A stretch of DNA of 64,000 bases from Neodothiora populina (taxonomy: Eukaryota): positions 930,001 through 994,000 of the forward strand of contig NW_027191413.1 of NCBI RefSeq assembly GCF_041146345.1. The letters are read 5' to 3'. The translations under genes were made by a program, and so were the position numbers. Shown here in pieces: positions 23,299-36,087 of the stretch; the first letter of the stretch is position 1; the number at the start of each line of letters is the position of its first letter. The notes beneath the pieces were generated by a model that saw only the letters and a list, made by a program, of their open reading frames with translations, was not told the DNA's origin and ran no database searches.

Positions 23299-26200
23299 AT
23301 GATGTACCAGCATCTCCTCCGGCGATGGACTTTGGCTACGACTTCTCTCCTCGCCGCTGTGGCTGCACGGAGTCCTGAAGTTGCATTGCCGTTCAATGCT
23401 CAAGTCCCGCTGGTTGCGCGAGTGGCGGAGCCGTATGCTTTTCGACTCTCGCCTAGCACCTTTCTCAGTGATGGCCATGGGAACCTTTCCTATACTTTGT
23501 CCAAGCCACCAGCATGGCTGAACATCGATCGAGACTCAGGGATACTGTTTGGCACGCCAGGTCAGGGGAACGATGGAGCCAACAAGTTCACCGTCGTTGC
23601 TAATGACGATTCTGGGTCTGCGAGTATGCCTTGCGAGATCGTCGTTTCTTCAGATATGGCTCCACAGATAACAGGCAACACATCTGCGGTATTGGCAGCA
23701 GCTGGTGTTCTTTCTGGCCCAGAGACGCTGGCTTTGCGATCCAATGATGCCTTGGATATCACATTCGGCAAGCACCTCTTTCGTGAAGGATCAAATCAAG
23801 TCACAACATACTATGCCACGCTCGCCGACCATACTCCTCTACCGTCCTGGCTAGAGTTTCAGGAAAACTCGGTAGCTTTTTGGGGCATAGCTCCAAAACA
23901 AACGGAACAATTCCAGTCATGGAGTATCAGTCTCATCGCCTCGGATGTCGTTGGATTCGCAGGTGTCGTGGCAACCTTTACTCTTGAGGTATCGCCAAAC
24001 CAGCTTTCCTTCGAATCGGAACGGACTGATGTCACTGTTAAAGCTGGAACGCCTTTCACTATCAGAGCCAGCCCACGTTTAGATGGCCAGCTTCTCACCC
24101 ACAGTCAGATACTTTCCGCCGTCATTGAAGCACCTTCATGGATCCGATATCAAAATGAGACACTAGAAATCGTGGGAACACCACCGCAAGGGTTTCACTC
24201 ACAGATTGTCAAGATCAGCGTGACTGATGTCTATGGAGATGTGGCCAGGGAAAGCATATGTTTGTGGGAGCAGGACAGATCTCTTCTCACAGGCAGGACT
24301 GCCAACATAAGTGTTACTGCTGGCAGACCCTTCACCTACACGGTATCTCGATCGTTGTTCAGCGAAAGCGGTGTCCTTGTGGGCATGAATCTCCGTGCTG
24401 CTAGCCCCTGGCTTCACTACGACCAGGCTACAATGCAGCTCTATGGGACACCTCCAGTGAACACCAGATCTCAGACAGTAATGATTACAATCGACGCCAC
24501 TTCTCTGAACCCACCAAGGACGGATTCCCAGACCTTCGAGCTGAAGCTCAACGCTGCACTGGTGGGCGAAGTCCCCACCACGACATCATTCAGTAGTTCG
24601 CTTCCGTTGTCACCGCAGTCTTCTTCAACGCATACGATTGTACTGGGCACGATTGGTTCGTCCGCACGACCAACTAAACGCAGCGTGGCTACAGGCGTGG
24701 TTGTAGGCGCTGTAATAGGGTCCATCGCTCTAGTTGCCTTGATAGTAGTCACTATCATACTGCTATGTCGTCACCAACAACGCAAGTCAAGCCATAGTCC
24801 AGGAGACCTCAAGATATCCAGACCTATGCAGCCTGTCGGCCTGACAGCCGTGACATTATCGGATGGGTTTGCAGAACCAGATATAGAGAAGACGGCAGGC
24901 GTCCCCGACAGACCGCCGCGATTGCACCTACCCTCGCGTTACAGTGAGTTGGAGGCTCCGCAACCAAGATATGCCGGCTCTCTCATCAGCTCCATCGGCG
25001 ACGGAGAGGCCACGATCCAAGCAGATCCTGATATTCCTGAGTGGGGACGAGAATCGGGCAATGTGCATACTCCACATCATAGCTACTCTGCGGCTACGGA
25101 ATTGGCGCGGAACAACAGCCTTGCTTCGAACGAGAGGCTTTCGCAATTTTTTAGGTTCTCGCCTAGGAAGCGCGCCTCCAAGCTGCTGCAGAGTTGGCAG
25201 GCTCAAACACGTCAAGGAAATACTTTCGAAACCCACTCGCACGACAGTATGCCAAGCCCATCAAGACGGTTTGGATTCAAGAGCGGTCTTTCAAACACTC
25301 GTGATCGCACCAGTGGTACATCTCTGAACACGCATGGAACAAGCATTTTGTCTGCCAGCATGTCGGATTTTCCAGAGCCACCCAGCTCTACACTACGGGA
25401 TACGTCTTACTCGATACCCAGATTATCGATCCGCAAGGTCAACAACCGACGCAGCATCCGTCTAGTCAGCCGCAGCGATAGTATCGCGACAGACGACAGG
25501 CCACTCGCAGACAAGCGACAGTCCTTCATCCGCAATCGCGCAAGCAGCAGCACGGTATCGCCACTATTCGCCTCCTCTCGACGCTCGTCAAACATGAGGA
25601 CAGACGGGCCTCTGGCGACGAGTATGTGCGGCAGCCTGCACCACGGTCGCAGCAGTCAGCAAACAGAATCCTCGAATTCATCATTCCTTGAGCCTCCTGC
25701 AAGAGACCCCCGCCGATTGACTTCGAAAACCAATTCCCTGGCGGCCAACTCGTCTCTGCGTCCAGGCTCTACAGCACTCCAGGTCATGCCTTCCGTCGCT
25801 GCACCAGGCCACAGCCGTCGCTCGAAAACCTGGGGTTCATCAACCAGTGCACTTTCGAACCTATCCGAAATCGAGCGCGAGCACAACCCTAATCAAAGGC
25901 CTGCATCAACAGATCCATCAAGCCCCGACCTTGCCGCCCAGCTCGCCCTCCCACGCCACAGCCGCAGCTGGGTGCTTCCAGGCGAAGCATCTCCCACCCC
26001 TACCCCATCAACCACTACTGCAGCAAGTCCAAGAACTCGAGCGCGCGACGCCGCGCGCCAGAAATGGGCTCGAAGACTCCAGCGCAACAGTCGCGGCGAC
26101 CTGATGAGTCCTTCGTTTGCGCCTTCTTCTCCTCTTCTTCTCGCTGCTGATTCTCCGCGGGAAGAGCCGCCGGTGCGGTTGACGCATGTGGCGCAACACT

Positions 26201-26646
26201 TCGGTCGGCGCCGGCGGGGGCAGACTGGGGTTCAACATGACGAAGCAACAAGTCAGCAACACCAGCAGCAGCAACAAGGAAAACAAAAGCACCGCGGCCC
26301 AGAAGATCGATTGTCTCAGCTGGTAAGCAAAGACTCCATGAACGGTCCCCTGCGTAGACGGCCCGCCGTTGTCGAGACAAGTGAGGGGCAAGAGCAGGGA
26401 CAGACTCGAGGCGGAGCTGCTCGTGAAGAAGACATAAAGGACGGAAATACAGGAGAGAGAATGGTAGTGCAGCTGCCAGCGTGTGCGGATGCTAGCGATG
26501 CTACTTATGCTGGATCCGGTGCTGTTGCTGAGACTACTACCCATATGGAACCCCAAGGCCTTGATCGCGGCAAGACGCTAGCGCTAGAACGCGATGCGTC
26601 GTCGTCTTATTCTCATTCTTCTTCTATCGGCAAGGCGTTCATATAG
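23299..26646 (+). CDS. AXL2: Axial budding/polarity membrane glycoprotein Axl2, 1115 aa
   Basis: Signal peptide, PFNAQVPLVARV..PY.F, four cadherin-like repeats (P.WL...G.P), one TM helix (VVVGAVIGSIALVALIVVTIILLC), long S/R-rich cytoplasmic tail. Confidence 0.9.
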   Translation: MMYQHLLRRWTLATTSLLAAVAARSPEVALPFNAQVPLVARVAEPYAFRLSPSTFLSDGHGNLSYTLSKPPAWLNIDRDSGILFGTPGQGNDGANKFTVVANDDSGSASMPCEIVVSSDMAPQITGNTSAVLAAAGVLSGPETLALRSNDALDITFGKHLFREGSNQVTTYYATLADHTPLPSWLEFQENSVAFWGIAPKQTEQFQSWSISLIASDVVGFAGVVATFTLEVSPNQLSFESERTDVTVKAGTPFTIRASPRLDGQLLTHSQILSAVIEAPSWIRYQNETLEIVGTPPQGFHSQIVKISVTDVYGDVARESICLWEQDRSLLTGRTANISVTAGRPFTYTVSRSLFSESGVLVGMNLRAASPWLHYDQATMQLYGTPPVNTRSQTVMITIDATSLNPPRTDSQTFELKLNAALVGEVPTTTSFSSSLPLSPQSSSTHTIVLGTIGSSARPTKRSVATGVVVGAVIGSIALVALIVVTIILLCRHQQRKSSHSPGDLKISRPMQPVGLTAVTLSDGFAEPDIEKTAGVPDRPPRLHLPSRYSELEAPQPRYAGSLISSIGDGEATIQADPDIPEWGRESGNVHTPHHSYSAATELARNNSLASNERLSQFFRFSPRKRASKLLQSWQAQTRQGNTFETHSHDSMPSPSRRFGFKSGLSNTRDRTSGTSLNTHGTSILSASMSDFPEPPSSTLRDTSYSIPRLSIRKVNNRRSIRLVSRSDSIATDDRPLADKRQSFIRNRASSSTVSPLFASSRRSSNMRTDGPLATSMCGSLHHGRSSQQTESSNSSFLEPPARDPRRLTSKTNSLAANSSLRPGSTALQVMPSVAAPGHSRRSKTWGSSTSALSNLSEIEREHNPNQRPASTDPSSPDLAAQLALPRHSRSWVLPGEASPTPTPSTTTAASPRTRARDAARQKWARRLQRNSRGDLMSPSFAPSSPLLLAADSPREEPPVRLTHVAQHFGRRRRGQTGVQHDEATSQQHQQQQQGKQKHRGPEDRLSQLVSKDSMNGPLRRRPAVVETSEGQEQGQTRGGAAREEDIKDGNTGERMVVQLPACADASDATYAGSGAVAETTTHMEPQGLDRGKTLALERDASSSYSHSSSIGKAFI

Positions 26647-27138
26647 TCTTATATTATCAAGTCCAGATAGAATCTCAATCCCATCTCAGACCTGATCCAA
26701 CCCAACCAATCCCTCCTCTTTTCAATCATGGCTTTCAGAAACAAAGACAAGTATTTGACCAAGGAAATTCCTCAGAACATCGAGTCGTGTAGATTGAACA
26801 ACAGGATATTGCAGGGACAAGACGACAAGGACAGGGTCCCCCCCATCCCTCACTCTCTTTGCACCATGGACAGAGGTATCTGTGGCTATACGCCCGTACA
26901 TGCTGTAAGCACGGAGTGAGTACCTGGCTAATCAAGGATTCTGATTTCTCGATCGACGTGTATGCACGTATTTACATATATGCTTCGATGAGGCGAGCGA
27001 GCATGAGCCGTTGGCCCGCCTTTATCTGTTTGTCTGGTTATGGTGAGCCGCAAGGGAGAGAATAACACAATCTTCCCGAAAAGTGTTGTCTCGTCATCGT
27101 ACGGACTTGGTCGCATGTTCTGGATTTGAAAAACCAGT

Positions 27139-27175
27139 CTTCTTCTTTTTCTCCTTCTTCTTCTTCTTCTTCTTC
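27139..27175. repeat. Imperfect (TTC)n tract between convergent AXL2 and kinase 3' ends
   Basis: Read directly. Confidence 0.8.
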
Positions 27176-27511
27176 TGTTCCTTCTCACTCCTTCTCCTCC
27201 TACTACCTGTCGTTGTGCTTGAACATTGACACCTACCAAGACATGTGTCCCTTGTGAAATCAGGATTTCACGACCAGTCTAGACGGATCACTTCTGGATT
27301 AACGAGCAAATACAAACGCTTAATGTCATCCCATGTTTCGACAACGACGACCAGACGAATACTGTTATAAAATTGACGCGATGCCAAATTGGACTTTTTC
27401 CATTCATTGCGAACAATGCAGCCCCTGAACAATATGATGAATCTATACGAGAGACGACAAGAAAAGAGAAGAAAAAAAGGTACAAGTAGAAGGGCACACG
27501 GAACAGACATT

Positions 27512-29866
27512 TCACGCGTCCTCTGCCTCGACCCTACAAAGAACCTCTTCCAGGAATCCCTCGAGGAAGCCCTCGACCCCTTCGCCCATGCCTACAGGAG
27601 CGACGTTGTCCCAATGATCAATGTCGCGTACTAGACGCACTGCCTTGCCGACCAGACGTTTGATCTGCTCGTGCGCCTGGCGTTTCAGTAATAGATCCTG
27701 TGAGGACGGCGGTGGTGGCGCATTTGTCGACCTGCTCCCTCCGGCTGTCTGAGTGGCGGCCTTGGCGAGCAGAGAGAGCTGGTAGCTGCGGCGGTGGAGA
27801 GCCGCCTCGAGCGCAGGTATGACTACACCGGTCAGTGCCGTTATCTCCTGGTCTGCTGATGATGGCTGCGATTGACGCGGCGGTGGTAGCTCCGAAGATG
27901 GCGAGTCGGCGTGTGATGAATCGCTAGATTGCGAGCTCCCATCATCGTTGATCTTTGACCTGTGTGAGGTTCGTGATGCTTCATGTGCAGACTGTAGTCG
28001 TGAAGAGGGCCCTGATGTGGATGCCATCGAAATAATAGACGACGACGACGACGACCCAGAGTTGGAGCGAGAGCCCAGCGGCTGCCGAGATAGTGATTGT
28101 GTTTGGGAAGATGCAGAAGCAGCGTCATACATGTCTTGCTGCTGCTGAAGAGACGACATCCCATCCCACCGAGGGCCTCCGTGAATGCGGCCACTTGCAG
28201 CAAAATCTTGAGTCGCTGGGCCAGACCTTTGTGCAAGGCCCGACGATTGCGATGGGTTTCGGACGGGTGTGTCATTGATAGAAAGGCCTTGCATATACGA
28301 AGACATATCAGAGGCGATCGACTTTTGTATAAAGTCGTCAGTGATCATGCGTGGCGTTGCTTGTTCACTTCGCAGCTGTGAAGGAGTTTCCTTTGGTGTC
28401 ATGAATCCATCACCCCCTGGAGTTCGCGGAGGAGTACGAATTAAAGACTTTCGGGCTGGCGAAGATTGAGCCTTCGAAGGCGAGGCTGGCAGAGGAACGC
28501 GCGCAGCTGCACCAGGCGACATAGGATGTAAGGGTGGCAGATCGGCGCGTTTCGATGGTGATACGTCTCTGGGCAATGGAGGTGGGGCCATGTCCATGTT
28601 TTTCGTGGGGGATGGGGCGCGAACAGTTTGGCGGTCCATATTCTCGTCCTCTGTCGTGGTTGTTGGTTTAGGAAAAGTACGGTCTGACCGTGATGCTTGA
28701 CTCGTGTGGTTCCTAGAATTGGTGCCGGCGTCATTCATGACCTTCAGCCCCGGAGCCCTTCTGTTCACCGGTTTGACTGTACCAAAGTCCCACAGGTCTT
28801 CTTCCTCGGTGCTCGCGCGAGGCGGCTCCTCATAGTCATCGTCATCGTAGTCGTCGCGGTTGCCGTTACGGGCGTGCCACCGTTCGTAACGCTCGATAAG
28901 TTCTGTGAGGTAGGTGGTACGCTTCGCTCGTCTGATCCACGGATGCCGGAGCAGGTCCTTTGCACTCGGGCGCTCTTTCGGTTCTTTCCTGAGACAGAGG
29001 TGGATAAAGTCCTTGAAGGCGGAAGAGAATTGATCACCCTCAAGTTGTGGCGGAGGATTTTTGGGGATGAGGAAGAGAACCTTCATAGGATGTATGTCCG
29101 AGTAAGGGGGTTCACCATGGGCTAGCTCGAGAGCAGTGATGCCCAGAGACCAGATGTCGGCCTTGTGATCATAACCTGATTGCTTGATGACCTCGGGTGC
29201 CATCCAGAAAGGAGTGCCAACAAATGTGTTCTTCTTCGTCATGGTAGCAGAAAGTTGACCAGAAACACCAAAGTCGGCGAGTTTGACCTGGCCATTGGAT
29301 CCAAGAAGTACGTTAGCAGCTTTGATGTCCCGGTGTAATTTGTTGTCGTTATGTAGATACTCCAGCCCCATCAACAGCTCTCGAAGGATGATGCAAATGT
29401 AGTCCTCAGGGATAAGACCGGGCTTGAGAAGATTACCGCAGCTACCCCCAGAGCAGTATTCCATGATGATCCAGAGATCCGATCCTTTGAGATAAGAGCC
29501 ATAGTACTTCGTGACGTAAGGTGAGTTCAATCCTGACAGAATAGAGATCTCCTGGATGATGTCATCGACTTCGTCTTCGGCATTCTCAACATCAATGACT
29601 TTGATAGCAACCGAATGCCCAGTCCGCTTATCTACGCTGGGTCTCAAGTCAGCGATCATGAAGACAGACATCTAGCGTTTCCCATTGGCGCACTGATGGA
29701 GAGCTTACCCTTTGTAGACCTTGCCAAAGCTTCCACCGCCTGGATCCCAGTCAGTGTCTTTTCTTGCTGATGATAGCGAATGTTTGGAAGTGTATATACC
29801 GATGCAAGACTGCTTTGTATATATTGTCTCGGGATCGACAGCGCCCCCCGCAAATAAGTTGGCCAT
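27512..29866 (-). CDS. Ste20-family germinal centre kinase (GCK-III; STK24/MST3-like)
   Basis: MANLFAGGAVDPETIYTKQSCI|GGGSFGKVYK|GVDKRTG..VAIK, HRDIKAAN, DFG, KKNTFVGTPFWMAPEVI. N-terminal kinase domain, S/P-rich linker and helical C-terminus; two 5' introns. Confidence 0.93.
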
Positions 29867-30035
29867 TATCCTTCAATCCGAACAAATGTTTCAATCTCCA
29901 ATTCTTTTTATGACTGAGTGGGTCGACTGTTTCGTAATTCGCTCGAGTATCAAACGTAACAATTCAAGCGACTGATACGATCAATCGGACAATATTCTAA
30001 TGACTCGAGAACCTCAGTGAATAGAGCGCTGGCTG

Positions 30036-30055
30036 GTGGTGGTGGTGGTGGTGGT
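30036..30055. repeat. (GGT)n microsatellite upstream of the kinase
   Basis: Read directly. Confidence 0.8.
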
Positions 30056-31245
30056 GTGGGGCTATCGAGACAATTTCGTGGTGCTAGTATGATACGCGTA
30101 TATCTACTGTTGTCGAGCGAGGCCGTAATGGTGTGTCGTAAGCGTCAATGGGAATCTTTGCTTGTGTAATTGAACAGAAGGCACTGGACGGCTGTCTCTC
30201 GAGATGTAGATTGTGTGCCAACGATGTCGTGTTATCCTCCAATGGCCGAAAGGGACAGGCGCCTGAGAATCGCAGTTGATGCGGTAAACTCCCAAATACC
30301 TCCGCTGCGACTCGCAAGACTGAAAGAATGGGGAAGATGTGATAATCGTCAATCTACACACGCTACAACGAGCAGAGGTAGGTGTTTGATAGCACTGCTG
30401 CGCGTAAACAGTAGAGGAACGTAGCAGGAAGCTGTCCTAGTCATTGGGGCGTTACAGATCCTCTAGCAGCACTCGTAGTCTCTGATGATACTAGAATACG
30501 GTTGCCAGATGCGACATTACTGACAAGGACAGAGAAAGAACAAGGCCATAGCATGCGATATCTGAGCATACAAGTAGCAATTGCTAGCCTGCGGTTGGCA
30601 GAGCGTCGGCGTTTAGGGACGCCCAAAACATCCAGTGCCTGCCCTCCCCGCCCAAACAAATACAAAGCCGCCTTCTACTTTCGGCTTAATGCCAGGGTCT
30701 GGTGGAGCAAGCTTACAGCCAGTAAACAAAAGTATATTGCCATTTACCTTACGCACCTGCACTATCACATCAGATATTGTGCTCAAAGTACACAATGTAC
30801 TTCGCAATGTTGCAATGGCAATACGGTTCATGACATGGTAGATACCTAGTGATGTGTATATTGTAGCTAATCTTTGCAAAATAATCTTGTTCATCGCAGC
30901 CGAAAAGTTTCGAGCGGCAGGACGGTGCGCGAAAGGGGAATCTTGTAGAGCAAAATGGGAGAGGGAAATAAAAGAAAAACCATGACCTCGAGTCCAGAGT
31001 GCCAGAAGAGAAAAGAAAAAAATGGGGACAATATGCCAGGCCCTTCTTGCTTCTACCTTTCCCTGATGTAGAACGCACGTGCAGAATCTTCATGTTTGTT
31101 GTCCATAACGCCTGCCTTTGCCGGAAGCTCCTCTTGAGCGTCTAATGCCTTGTTGTCCATAGCAGCCTCCTGCCACGCCGTTAGACGGCGATGCATGCTG
31201 TGGCTGATTCTCCATCGTCGTCTGTTGGGATGGATTGCAAGTTCC

Positions 31246-34200
31246 TCAGAACTTAACACCCATACCCTCCTCGTGTTCTTGTAGCCATGCAAGGCTACCG
31301 TCTCCCGAGCTGCCCAGTGATCCAGGGTTCATGAAGAACGTAGTGCTCTCTCTCTTCGATTGCTTTGACGCGGGGCCGTTTCCCCTCGCATCGACGATGC
31401 TTGGTCCGTCTCGATGTGAAGGCGCCAATGCGCCATTCAGGCTTGCGTAGGTTCCATCGATATGACCTGGGCCCTGATATGACTGCTGTACAGGCGCATG
31501 ACCGGTGTCATATGCTCCCCGCTGAGCTGGTGCTTGCTGATGCTGCGATTCTGTGAAACTTGTCTGTGCGTATGCCGGTGTAGGTAAATCCGAGAACATT
31601 TGTTTACGAGGAGAGCGAATTGCGTCATTGGGTAGAGGAGACGTTCCGTGCCCGTTGATCTTGATATTGCTGATGTCGACGGGTGGTCCGAATACTTTGT
31701 AGTGCTCCGTGACGAAGAGCGAGATCAAAGTCGCGGGAATATTCAAAGTTGGGGCAAACACAATACCAACTAAAACTCAAAATTAGCCAGGGCCATATGC
31801 TGACAGTAAAGCAACACTTGACTTACCATTTCGTACGCTCATCTTGTTCACCTTCTCGTTGTCGACGATGTCTCTCAGGAAGGAGGTCAATGCTTCAAGC
31901 AACTCTCGGTTTGGAGGCGGCAGACGGTTGACGAGGACATTGCATACTTCTATCTTTGCCTTTTCGTCCAGTTCCTGAATACTCAAGAAATCAAGTTGCA
32001 GTTCTCTAGTCAGTATATTGGCTGGGAGCTCCCTGAGGAATTGTTTCAGCAAGCTTGCTACGGCATGTACGTCGTAGCGGTGTTCGTCGGTGAGTAGGTC
32101 GATGTCGCCCTCCACGTTGAACCGCTCTCGCAGAGCCTTAATCACAAGGCTTGAGCCAGAGAGTCGGAATATACCTTCTTCGGAGGTTGCTCCGCTTCCT
32201 CTGAGATATTCTATGCAACGATATGCCACTGCTGGCAGAAGGACTGGAACGTCAATGGGGGCAGAATACTCCACTGCTTCGGCCAGGGGCACGCCAAAGA
32301 CTGGTCGCGTAGCGTGTTGCCTGGCAGGGGTCACAGCCGCAGTGTCGGAAGACGCACGTCCGCGAGTGTGACCGCCCCCGAAACCGAAGATACTACGCTT
32401 CTTGTCTTTGACTGGCGTCTGCACCACAGCCTTGTTACCCCAAGACTGTACGTCACTGATGACAGTGCCATTGGTAGGTCCGGATATCAAAGGGTGTTGC
32501 TGGGCCTTCTCCTCGTCGAATTCATTGGTGATCGGCGAGCTTGCAACAGGAGGCGATGGTGTATCGCGTCCCTTCATACTTGCTGAGCCCATTTGTGGCG
32601 CTTCTGCAGCTTTTGTGGCTTGATATGGCACACTCCGGAGGGATCCCTGGGTGCTCGAGCCTCTTCCACTCGACGCCGGCCTACCCATGTCGTTACCAGA
32701 CTTCTGCAGTAGAGGGCTGCGCCCGCCTGCTAACATATCTCTCGGAGTGGGCAGAGGATTTGAGGCTTTCCTTGTATGCGATGAGTCTTCGACGTAAAGC
32801 AACAAGCATTCGACCCAGGCGTCACGCTCCTCATCACTCTCGGCACAGAGGACATGTCGCACATGCGACGTCGAATCTTTTCGCTTGGGCTCAAGCATAA
32901 GAAAAGCGTGGCGGTACTGGTTATCTATGTCCTCATCAGTCTGTGGTGAGGTGCTTTGTTTGCCAATTTGAGCGTGCTGTAGTCTGATCGATCCCAGGAG
33001 AGCACCTCCAGGCGCCTCAAAGTACTTAAGCTGAGGGCCATCCAGCACGAAGTAACGAGCTTTCCATCCGCCAAAGTTCTTCCCACGCTTTGTCAGATAG
33101 CCGTCCTTTCGAGGATTGCCATTCGACATCTGGGTCTGCTGCACAGGCTGCGCGGCGCCCTCTTGCGGTCTTTGTCCAGGCTCATTGGTTTCAGCCGGGA
33201 AGGCATCCGCGGTGAGAAAGCCACAAACTATCGTGGCCCCTTGATCGTTCATTGGCGTGTCTAATAAGCTATGGAAATAAGAGCCTAGAGCGAGACGGCG
33301 CGCGTCAATTCTCGCCGGAGCATGGCCGGTGAAGAGACTTCGATCGGGCAATCTGGTCCTAAATCCAGAAGAAGCTTTGATTTGTTGGTCGAAAACCGAA
33401 AGAGCGGCTAGGGTTTTCTCTACTCGCCAGAGCTGGGTATTATCAGATCTGGCAAAGATAGCAATAATGAAGACGGGATTTTCTTCCCCTGGACGAGGCG
33501 CCATGTAGCTATTTCGCGACGGGCGGAGGCGCGATGATTCTACCTTGATGAAGATGGAGGGGAGTGCATTCGGTGGGAGAAGGAGACCAGGATATTGTTC
33601 AGACACTAGTCCACGGTACACTTCACCAGGGGACCTTGACAAGGTGTATGTTGGCGGGTGCTCGGCATCAGCACTTGCACCACCAGGCACGGCAAGGCGA
33701 TCAGTTGTCTGGTGGTATGAGGGCGGGTGCTCGGCATCAGGACTCGATTTGCCTGGTACCGCAAGGCGGTCGCCCGATGGGTTATTCAACTGCTGATATG
33801 CCTCAGCCCGAGCCGTATTAGCAGTGCGAAACGTGGCAGTTGTTGGCGTGGGCAGTGGGAGAGGAGCTCTCGGCGCACGGGGAGACAGCGGCAGCCCACC
33901 GTCCCTCGGCGACATGGGCATCCCAGAGAAGGGGGGCCTGAAAGCTCTGGGCATAGGCGAATTTATTGGCCGGTCACCTGGGCGCGGACTCATGGGCAGA
34001 CCTTGGCTTGGCATGACAGCAGGTATAGACACGTTTCTGGCACTAGACGCAGGAGGGTCGACATCTGACACAGTACGCAGATGAGAAACAAGCGATGCCA
34101 TTGTTTGAGTCGTATCACGAGGGATTGAAGCAGGTTCAGAAGAGCGATCAATCTCGCTCGCGGCCATGTACCCTGATCTCGTGTTGACAGGGTCAAAGGC

Positions 34201-35342
34201 GATCGGTGGCACGCTGTTGCTTTTACTTTTGGCATTGCCCTTGTCCTGACTCTCACCGCCTCGCATGGCAAGGTTTTCCCTGTAACGATCATCATCTGCT
34301 CTGGTCTTCTGTCTGCCGCGGGCCTCATCCTCGCTGTCGTTGTCGTCGTCGTTCTCGTTATCGTAGTCAGACTCCGAGTCCTGGTCAGCAAGAAACGACT
34401 GACCAGGGAAGGACTGTGGCGAGAGCTGCAAAGGCGCAGGTGGCGCCTTCCGGGCCAAGATAGTGTTCTTATCCTTGGGACTTGAAAATCCTTGCGGCGA
34501 AGCCATGAGCTTGGTTGTATTCTCCCACTCTCCGTTTGCATCTTCGTCGTGAGAGTGTGGACTCTGCGGTGCGCTGTGTAAATTCGGCGTTGAAGGCTGC
34601 TTGTTCCTGGAGTTGTGGCTTTCCGTTGTGGTGACCTGGTGCAAGGACGACGAAGAGAGCGGAGCGTGTGACTGTCGACCCTGCTGGCCATCGGCAGTTG
34701 CATCAGAGAAGCCGCGGCCATCTCGTACCTCTGCAAAAGCATTATCCTGAATGCGAGGGCTCTGTGACAGCTGCTGGGGAGTAGACGAACGGCTCGCCAG
34801 GTCGTTCAGGCCGCTGATATCGGTCGCATCACTGACCTTGCGACCCATGGGAAGCTGCTCGGAGTTGGAGATCGATGTCGTGGTAGGAGACTGGCTATCG
34901 GCCCTTGCTGAGCTCGTGCTTTCCTTGAGCGCTGTGACAAGTGATTGACCAGCGGCAGAAAGGGCCAAGTGTTCCTTTAGTTTTCTGCGATACTTGTCCT
35001 TCTCCTTCAGCGCACGCTCCAGATCCGATTTCAGTCCAAATATCATTGTGCGTTGTTTCTCCATTATCCGCCACATCTGGTCGGTATGAGCTGCGACCGA
35101 TTGTTTCTCCTGGAGCAGCCTGAGGATGGCCGCCTCGGGCGATCCATTTGACTGGATCACTTTGGCGATGTCATTCGGTGAGATGGTCTCCTGAGAGCTT
35201 GATTGGGGGTTTCGGGGAATGTGCGAAGTGCTGGACGAGAGTGACGAGGCGGTTGAGTCCATGGACGCGGTGCGATGGACGAAGTTGTTCGCGTCAGCAC
35301 GAGCGGTGGTTGGAGTATAGACATTAGGTGCGGTGGTAGCGG

Positions 35343-35378
<36 letters not shown>

Positions 35379-36087
35379 AAGAAGAAGATAAACCAGAAGT
35401 GGTATTAGGTGCTGCGGCGGCAGTCATAGTAGCAGTTTGAGACGGCGGTGCCATCTTGTTCGCTGCTGATATTAACGAGGGAGACTTGGACGGGTATGTA
35501 GTCGTAGACGCAGGCGGACTGTGGCCTAGCGAAGGAGAATGAATCGGAGTCGCAAAAGGTCGTTTGCGGTTTTCAAGGCGTGACTTTGCTGCCTCCTCTA
35601 GCAAAGCATTTCTTGTAGCAACTGTCTTGGTTTCATCAAATGCCCGATCCGCCACCCCACTCGCCTGGTCGGCAGCAGTGTTGACGGTGACGGTGGCAGC
35701 CCTGCCGCGTCCAGTGGACGAAGGAGAATCGTCGCCGCTGCGATTCAGGCTGGCGTCGATGTTGTTCTGATGGTGTTCCAAGGGGTTCACAGGAAATCTC
35801 GTGCCACGGGGACTGACTATCGTCGGGCCAGCTTTGAAGTCCGGTGACGAAATCGCCCTGCTGCCGCTGTAGTTATGTGTGGTCTGGAGCGGACTTGGGA
35901 CCGGCCGACGAGGCGTAGCCACACCTGGAAGTATCACTGCGGCGCGGTGTGAGCGTGAAGTGCTGTTCTGCCTCAGTGCTCTCGCGCTGTCTCGGCGCTC
36001 CACTATAGTGACCTGCTGTGATTGCTGTCCCGGGCCTTGCACAGCGACAGCGTGATGGGTGAGAGAGAGGTCGGCATCTTGCGACAT
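31246..36087 (-). CDS. BEM3: Rho GTPase-activating protein with PX, PH and RhoGAP domains (Bem3-like)
   Basis: Coiled coil, PX-like region (LWRVEK..LPDRSLFTGHAPARIDARR), PH (KDGYLTKRGKNFGGWKARYFVL), RhoGAP (EEGIFRLSGS, VASLLKQFLRELP, NKMSVRN|VGIVFAPTL). Intron 31826..31770. A further short 3' exon is possible. Poly-Thr tract near 35345-35378. Confidence 0.88.
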
